Source of the DNA: Haliotis rubra
Lineage: Eukaryota
DNA length: 64,000 nt
NCBI RefSeq assembly: GCF_003918875.1
Contig: NW_025766769.1
Location: 620,001 to 684,000, forward strand
Direction of reading: 5' to 3'
The notes beneath the pieces were generated by a model that was not told the origin of the DNA, did not search any database, and worked only from the letters and a program-made list of their open reading frames with translations. Both the position numbers and the translations under genes were made by a program. This document shows positions 57,853 to 64,000 of this stretch, piece after piece. Within the stretch, counting starts at the first letter, position 1. Every line of letters begins with the position of its first letter.

Positions 57853-59419
57853 GCCAAACAACAACAATACCAAGTTTGCTGTGTTTATGTGCGGGTGAAC
57901 GTTAACGCCTACACTAGTCTCTAGGGAGTCACCGTGACCATGGAAGACACGATATCGCTAACCGAAATTTTCCTACTCAACAACATACATCTCATGGGTT
58001 TGAAGTGTACGTCCGAGGAATTATCCGATAAACGCACTCACTGACTCTAAAATCTCTGAGGAAGAGTTTCGTTTGGTGCTATCAGAAATCGCAAAATATC
58101 ACAGAATGAAACAAGAGATTCGAACCAAGTCTCGTAAAAACGCCATCATCAGTGAAGAAGAGAAAAATTAATTCATAGAACAAGGGAAGCAACAGGCCCG
58201 ACAAGCCCGATAAATTGTTTCGCAGATATCAACATAACATAGCCAGCCGGCCGGCCAGCTCAGCCAGCTGTAGGTCAATAGCTGAGCCAAGAGACACACA
58301 CACACTGTGACTTGCTCACAGCGCTCGCTCCGTACTACTGAGGTGGCAGCGAGGTGACTCGGGAACTGCTGAGAGCTGCGGTATGATTTAGTGGAAATCA
58401 ACATAACGTAGCCAGCCAGTCGGTCGGCTGTACATCCTGAGCCGAGCAGAGACACACGCACACTGCGACTCGCCCCACAGCACTCGCTCAAAGCTACCGA
58501 GACTGCAGCGAGGTGACTCCCCTTGAGGAACTGCCGAGAACTGCGTTTCATTCACCTTCATGCAGCTGTCGCCTCGCTAGTCAGCCGACCGTGCATCATC
58601 ATAGCCGAGCCGAGACACACACGCACACACTTATACTCGACCACGGCGCTCGCTCAGAGCAACCCCCGAGACGGTAGCGAGGTGATGACTGCCGACACCT
58701 GCGTTTCATTCACCTTCAGACAGCTCACACATCGCTACAAGTACGTCCTAACGAGATAATAGCACGGCAGCTCGGGGGAACTGCCGAAAGCTGCGTTTCA
58801 TTCAGCTGAAAACACCTCTCGCCTCGCTAATATATAACAAGTACTACGTTGGGTTGTTAGCCTTTCGCCAGACCAACCCCATGCTCACTAAAACGTGATT
58901 ATTTCCTAAACTATTCGACCGATTTTCGTGAAATCTTCCATGCATCTCGGCAGATGGTTCCGCTATAGCAAAACAGCATTGGGAACACTCTCGATGACTT
59001 CATTAGATTAATACAGACTTAATTACGACAAAAAGATATACATTTTGCCTTTTCCCGACCGACCCCATGCTCACTTAAAGTCAATATTTCAGAAACTATT
59101 CAACCGAATTTCATCAAATTTTGCTTGCACGCAACGGATATTCCAGTAGGGTATCACACAGACATGCCTCGTGCAGCAGGTATGTTCACAGAAGTATCGC
59201 AAGGACATGCATGCCGCTAAAATATACCCCACAGCTTGCGTGAGCATTCAAGCTATTTCATACTAATTTAAGATCAAGCGAAGATGCTGTCTATGGGCAG
59301 ATATTGGCACTCAAGCAGGTAAGGTGACTTTAAACAACTTCCGTATCGAATCACAACTAGGGGGTTAGGTTCACATGTCCCGGGAATACGTCACCGATAT
59401 TTCTCGAGAACATCATTGT

Positions 59420-59910
59420 TGTGTCTGACATTCCTTGGGAACATCGTTGTTCTACAGGTCTCTGACATTCCTTGGGCTTGGAAACATCGTTGTTCTACAG
59501 GTCCCTGACATTCCTTGGGCTTGGGAACATCGTTGTTCTACAGGTCTCTGACATTCCTTGGGCTTGGAAACATCGTTGTTCTACAGGTCTCTGACATTCC
59601 TTGGGCTTGGGAACATCGTTGTTCTACAGGTCTCTGACATTCCTTGGGCTTGGGAACATCTTTGTTCTACAGGTCTCTGACATTCCTTGGGCTTGGGAAC
59701 ATCGTTGTTCTACAGGTCTCTGACGTTCCTTGGGTTTTGGAACATCGTTGTTCTACAGGTCTCTGACATTCCTTGGGCTTGGGAACATCGTTGTTCTACA
59801 GGTCTCTGACATTCCTTGGGCTTGGGAACATCTTTGTTCTACAGGTCTCTAACATTCCTTGGGCTTGGGAACATCTTTGTTATACAGGTCTCTGAGATTC
59901 CCTTGGAACT
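59420..59910. repeat. 43-bp minisatellite
   Basis: CTGACATTCCTTGGGCTTGGGAACATCGTTGTTCTACAGGTCT, about 11 units. Confidence 0.95.
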
Positions 59911-60809
59911 TGGTGTTTGGATTAACCTCTCATATTTTGTTGAAACAACGGTTATGTACCAGTCTGACATTTTCATCACTGTTGTATGACCCTCTGACAT
60001 TTCCCAAGAATATCGCTGTTGTTTCATTCTCAACACGTCCTGGAACAACTTTGTTGTATTGGTATTTAACATTGCCCGGGAACATCACTGCTATGTAAGT
60101 CCCCGATGTCCGGGCAAATAGATCATTGAAACAAGTTGGGGATATTCCAATATGGTGTGAGATTATTCGGGAAGAAAGTTGTTATGAAACATTGTACTGA
60201 AGCTCTTAGTGAAACTTAGTGAAACGTTTTTGACATGCGGTGTCTGTCACGTCAGAAACGGCAACGTGCTATCGGCATGTTGGAAGCTGGGACAAGACAG
60301 AATCTCGGGACACGAGCTGCAAACCTTCCACAGTCAGCAAATAGCAGCTTACAATCACAATATATAGGGTTGAAGACGGTGTCGGGCAGGGAAAGCGCCA
60401 TTTAAATTTTTAACATACCCGATAAAGCGTCAAACCAGGTTCTGTCGGGTATTGCCGGGATAGCGTCAACTTTGATAGTTGCAAAGAAAACATCAGATTA
60501 CTGTAAATGAGTTGAGCGTCCATGGTTAAAACTTGAAATGTCGCTTTTCCGGCTGTAAACCCGGAAGACTGACGTGGATCCGGTAGATCAAAGGGAGACA
60601 AATCTAATACTGATAACTATGTCACGAGACGTTAATACTAACAGGGATTGTTCGGGTTCAAGAATACGATCTGTAAGATTCATACCGAGTACTCCCCTAG
60701 TTAATGTTTGAATGCCGAATTACGAACTGTCTGGAGCAACCACAGAATGCCATTACCTCGTGAAAATGAAAGCTTTCGAATGGGTGAAGCCCATGTTATT
60801 TAACATACA

Positions 60810-61150
60810 TTGTGTAAGTGTAAGAGCAGTCTAGTAGTAGTCTTTTATCGGAAGACATTGTCTAAGTGTAAAAGCAGTCTAGTAGTAGTCCATTTTTGGA
60901 AGACATTGTCTAAGTGTAAAAGCAGTCTAGTAGTAGTCTATTTTTGGAAGACATTGTCTAAGTGTAAGAGCAGTCTAGTAGTAGTCTATTGTCGGAAGAC
61001 ATTGTCTAAGTGTAAGAGCAGTCTAGTAGTAGTCTATTGTCGGAAGACATTGTCTAAGTGTAAGAGCAGTCTAGTAGTAGTCTATTGTCGGAAGACATTG
61101 TCTAAGTGTAAGAGCAGTCTAGTAGTAGTCTATTATCGGAAGACATTGTT
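60810..61150. repeat. 48-bp minisatellite
   Basis: TCTAAGTGTAAGAGCAGTCTAGTAGTAGTCTATTGTCGGAAGACATTG, about 7 units. Confidence 0.95.
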
Positions 61151-62289
61151 CATGCAAGGCGTCTAATTTGTGAACCAGACAATGTGTAGATGAACGGTTT
61201 GAGAGGCATTCTAGAAGTTGTAAGTAACAGGAATGACATGTTTTTATGGATGATCAGCTTTTTAATTGTATAAAAGCGACGTTTCGGTGTAGATACTTAT
61301 ACTGTTTTCAAACATTTTCCACATGCTTAAAAACGTTAACGTATCTACAGCGTAACGGCCCCTTAATAAGTACAACTAATTATAATCGTTGGATAATGCT
61401 CATATACGAACCTGTCTTCATGGTTTGACGGTGAAGATTTAATAATCTTAAAAAATAGATCATATGGCAAAGAATTAAGTATATGCAAAGATTTGAGTAC
61501 ACTTTACAACATTCGACAATAACATGACAACAGTAAGCATCTGGCAGTTTGACACATATGAGGTACATACAATACAGTGACAATGAGGTCAAATTACATA
61601 AATCAACTTTTCAATATGTAATGATTACCAGAATTTAACAAATATATCGTTTTCACCAGAAACTAAAAAAAGTATATATTGTAATGTCGTGGTACTGCTT
61701 AATTTGGCTTAGCATGTACCTGAAATTCAGAATATTCAGTTTTTTTACTGTTCATGAATATAATGTCTTTAACAAGTAAGACAATGGCGTTAAAAGGATT
61801 GTTATTCCTTCCTTGATTCTGATCTTTGAAATTGTGAAATTAATGCAAATTTGGGCTTTTTCTAACATTTTTTCTAAACGTTTCCAAATTTTGAATCCCG
61901 GATCACAATACCAACACAGGTGTTCTAAAGTTTCTATTTTTTTATTACAAAAACGGCAAAGGGGGTGTTTCCGATATCTTTATCCTTAATGAGAAGTTTG
62001 TAGGAAGAATAGTCAGATATTGCAGCCATTTTAAGTCAGTAATACGAGTGCATTAATGAGCTATCATACTGAATACTCTCCGTTCCTTTTCTGAAAATTC
62101 GCAATCTAAGATTCTTGCCCATTTAATTGTACATATTTAGAATCCAAGAATGCCGCATATCTATATATGACAGAATATGCGGATCAAAACCATTTTTGTT
62201 GTGTACAACATCCTGACACATCAATGAATAACTCAGCACAATTACAAGACATTACGTGAAAGCTTGCAGTCCATTCAGACAAGATCTTG

Positions 62290-63300
62290 ACTTCAGTATC
62301 TAGCGTGACCACCACGGCCGGCAATAACTGCAGCACAACGTCTATGCATGGAGTGCACCAATCGATTGATGAAGGCCATTGGCACCTCGAACCACACTCT
62401 GAGAAAGGCCTGGCACAATATATCGGCTGTGTTCGGCCTTGGTATGACATTATTCAGTCTCCTCTGAATTTCATCCCAAAGATGTTCAAATTGGGTTTAA
62501 ATCAGGACTAAGGGCTGGCCACTGCATGATGTTGACACCGTTCTGCTGTAGGAAGTCCCGTGTAGCTCTGGCAGTATGGTCCCGGGCGTTATCATGCTGG
62601 AAAATGTTGTTCCGGTTACGTGCGAAATGTGGTATGATGTGGGGTCTGAGAGCTTGGTCGATATAGCGCACCGCTGTGATGCCGCCTCCTCTCCCTGGAC
62701 CAAGCTTCTGGAACACCACAGGACCCACTCTCTGGTTCAGGCCTATTCCACCCCATACCATGATGCTTGCACCTCGCCATGAGTAGAATTCCATAACATG
62801 AGTAGAGTCGCCATATTCTTGTTCTGCCATCTGCAGTTGATACGCAGTACCGACTCTCATCTGTGAACAGTTCTCCATTGCCTGTATCGCCAGTTTTGGT
62901 GTTGTAGGGCAAACTGTAGACGTTCACGCCGATGACGAGGGGTGAGGATAGGTCCACGGTAAGGTCTACGGCAATGGAGGATCCCACTGTTAAGACGTCG
63001 GCGTACTGTATCAGTACTGATTGGTCTTCCGTGTGTTCCCGCTGTCTGGCGTGCTGTTTCGGAATGCCTGCATGAAGGGATTTGTACATGTTATCACACA
63101 ACATGGCGGTCTTGTCGTCTTGTGGTCACCCTTGGTCTGCTAGTACGGGGGCGATCATTTGTGGTGTTGGTGGCCCTGCAGCCTGTAGATGGTCCGAGCG
63201 TTGACCTGGAAGTGATTCGCAACGGCTTGTGTAGTGTGGCCAGCTTCAAGTCTTCCTAGCACCTGATTCCTCTGAGCTGCCATGAGTCGCGGCATCCTGC
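62290..63300 (-). pseudogene. Tc1/mariner transposase, near full length but disrupted
   Basis: MPRLMAAQRNQVLGRLEAG HTH; LFTDESRY; IMVWGGI; FQHDNARDHTAR; WPALSPDLNPI. Confidence 0.9.
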
Positions 63301-64000
63301 TGACGTTGTAATGTGAATGTTTCAAGCAGGTTTGGGGGTGCATTTTATAGGGCTGGTCCTTGTGAACAGCACGTGCAGCATGAGGTACATGAAAAACATG
63401 GAGAACATCGTACCATCTCCGAGATCAGGTTGCGTTTTGAGACCATTTCCTGGGTTCCATTCTGAGTTTGGGAAGGACTGTCTTTTCTCAGGTAAAGTTG
63501 GAGATGTTGTCAAAAATATACAATCAAGACATCTCGTTTAACTTTATCGGGCTCACCCCTCAAAATGAAGTTAAAAATTGCTTCTGGAATTTTTCAGTTT
63601 CGTGTGTTGTTGGATCTGGAACTGAAGAAAATAAATGATTTAATTTAGGGAGTAAGAGGGGATTATAAGATAGTGTTTCTGCCTAAAGGCTTCGGGCTGA
63701 CCAAATGTTCATCTGGTTTTCAATATGAGAAAAGTTGTCATCGTAGTTTTTTTCAACCGTACTGTCAATATCAATATCAAAATTAATTCCCAGAGGAGAG
63801 AAGTTCGTTTGGGGCCAATCAAAAATCCATTCTTTGCAAAGTTTGTATCTAGATCGTTTCTTAGACCCGATTCAAATCATTTTGGTCATTTCTACATTTA
63901 CCTTTAAACCGGAAAAACGCTGGAAACTTAAGAGAGTATTTAGTGTTGCATAAAGGCATTTTTCAGATCCATCTAAAGACAGAGTAGTATTATGGCCAAA

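Larger units (their letters stand above)
50015..58850. mobile_element. Degraded, left-truncated Polinton/Maverick (adintovirus-like) endogenous viral element
   Basis: Intronless, CpG-rich, densely packed disrupted ORFs: A32-like ATPase next to a capsid-sized ORF, penton-like ORF, PolB-like N-terminus; no integrase or protease visible; boundaries approximate. Confidence 0.8.

Noticed and set aside
60235-60300. Tc1 N-terminal peptide MRCLSRQKRQRAIGMLEAG; pogo-like TIR fragments at about 34010-34035 and 40819-40845
   Set aside because: Too short to delimit elements; likely ordinary transposon debris

Overview
Eukaryotic, intron-containing, repeat-rich animal DNA. The SINE families with (ACTC)n tails suggest a gastropod mollusc, possibly abalone (inference). 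Roughly half the window is minisatellite arrays, and most long ORFs in the supplied track are artefacts of these repeats. Manual splicing reveals three intact secreted-protein genes on the + strand that the ORF track fragments. (1) A 5-exon ML/MD-2/NPC2-like lipid-recognition gene (9528-12072). (2) A 4-exon gene encoding signal peptide + bacterial-type 3D (MltA-like, three-Asp) domain (16710-25594). (3) Its 5-exon paralogue encoding signal peptide + SH3b + 3D domain (35015-42508). Together they form a candidate antibacterial cell-envelope sensing/lysis cluster built on a domesticated, intron-containing, bacterial-type peptidoglycan lytic enzyme. Several intronic arrays are amplified copies of the genes' own exon/splice-site junctions. 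Positions ~50015-58850 hold a degraded, left-truncated Polinton/Maverick (adintovirus-like) endogenous virus: Rho_N plus probable PolB N-terminus, A32-like ATPase, major and minor capsid, and several membrane-protein genes. Also present are a PIF/Harbinger element with TIRs/TSD, Tc1/mariner relics, SINEs, a MITE, two Penelope-like inverted-end elements and one N gap. All family assignments come from motif recognition by eye, not database searches.
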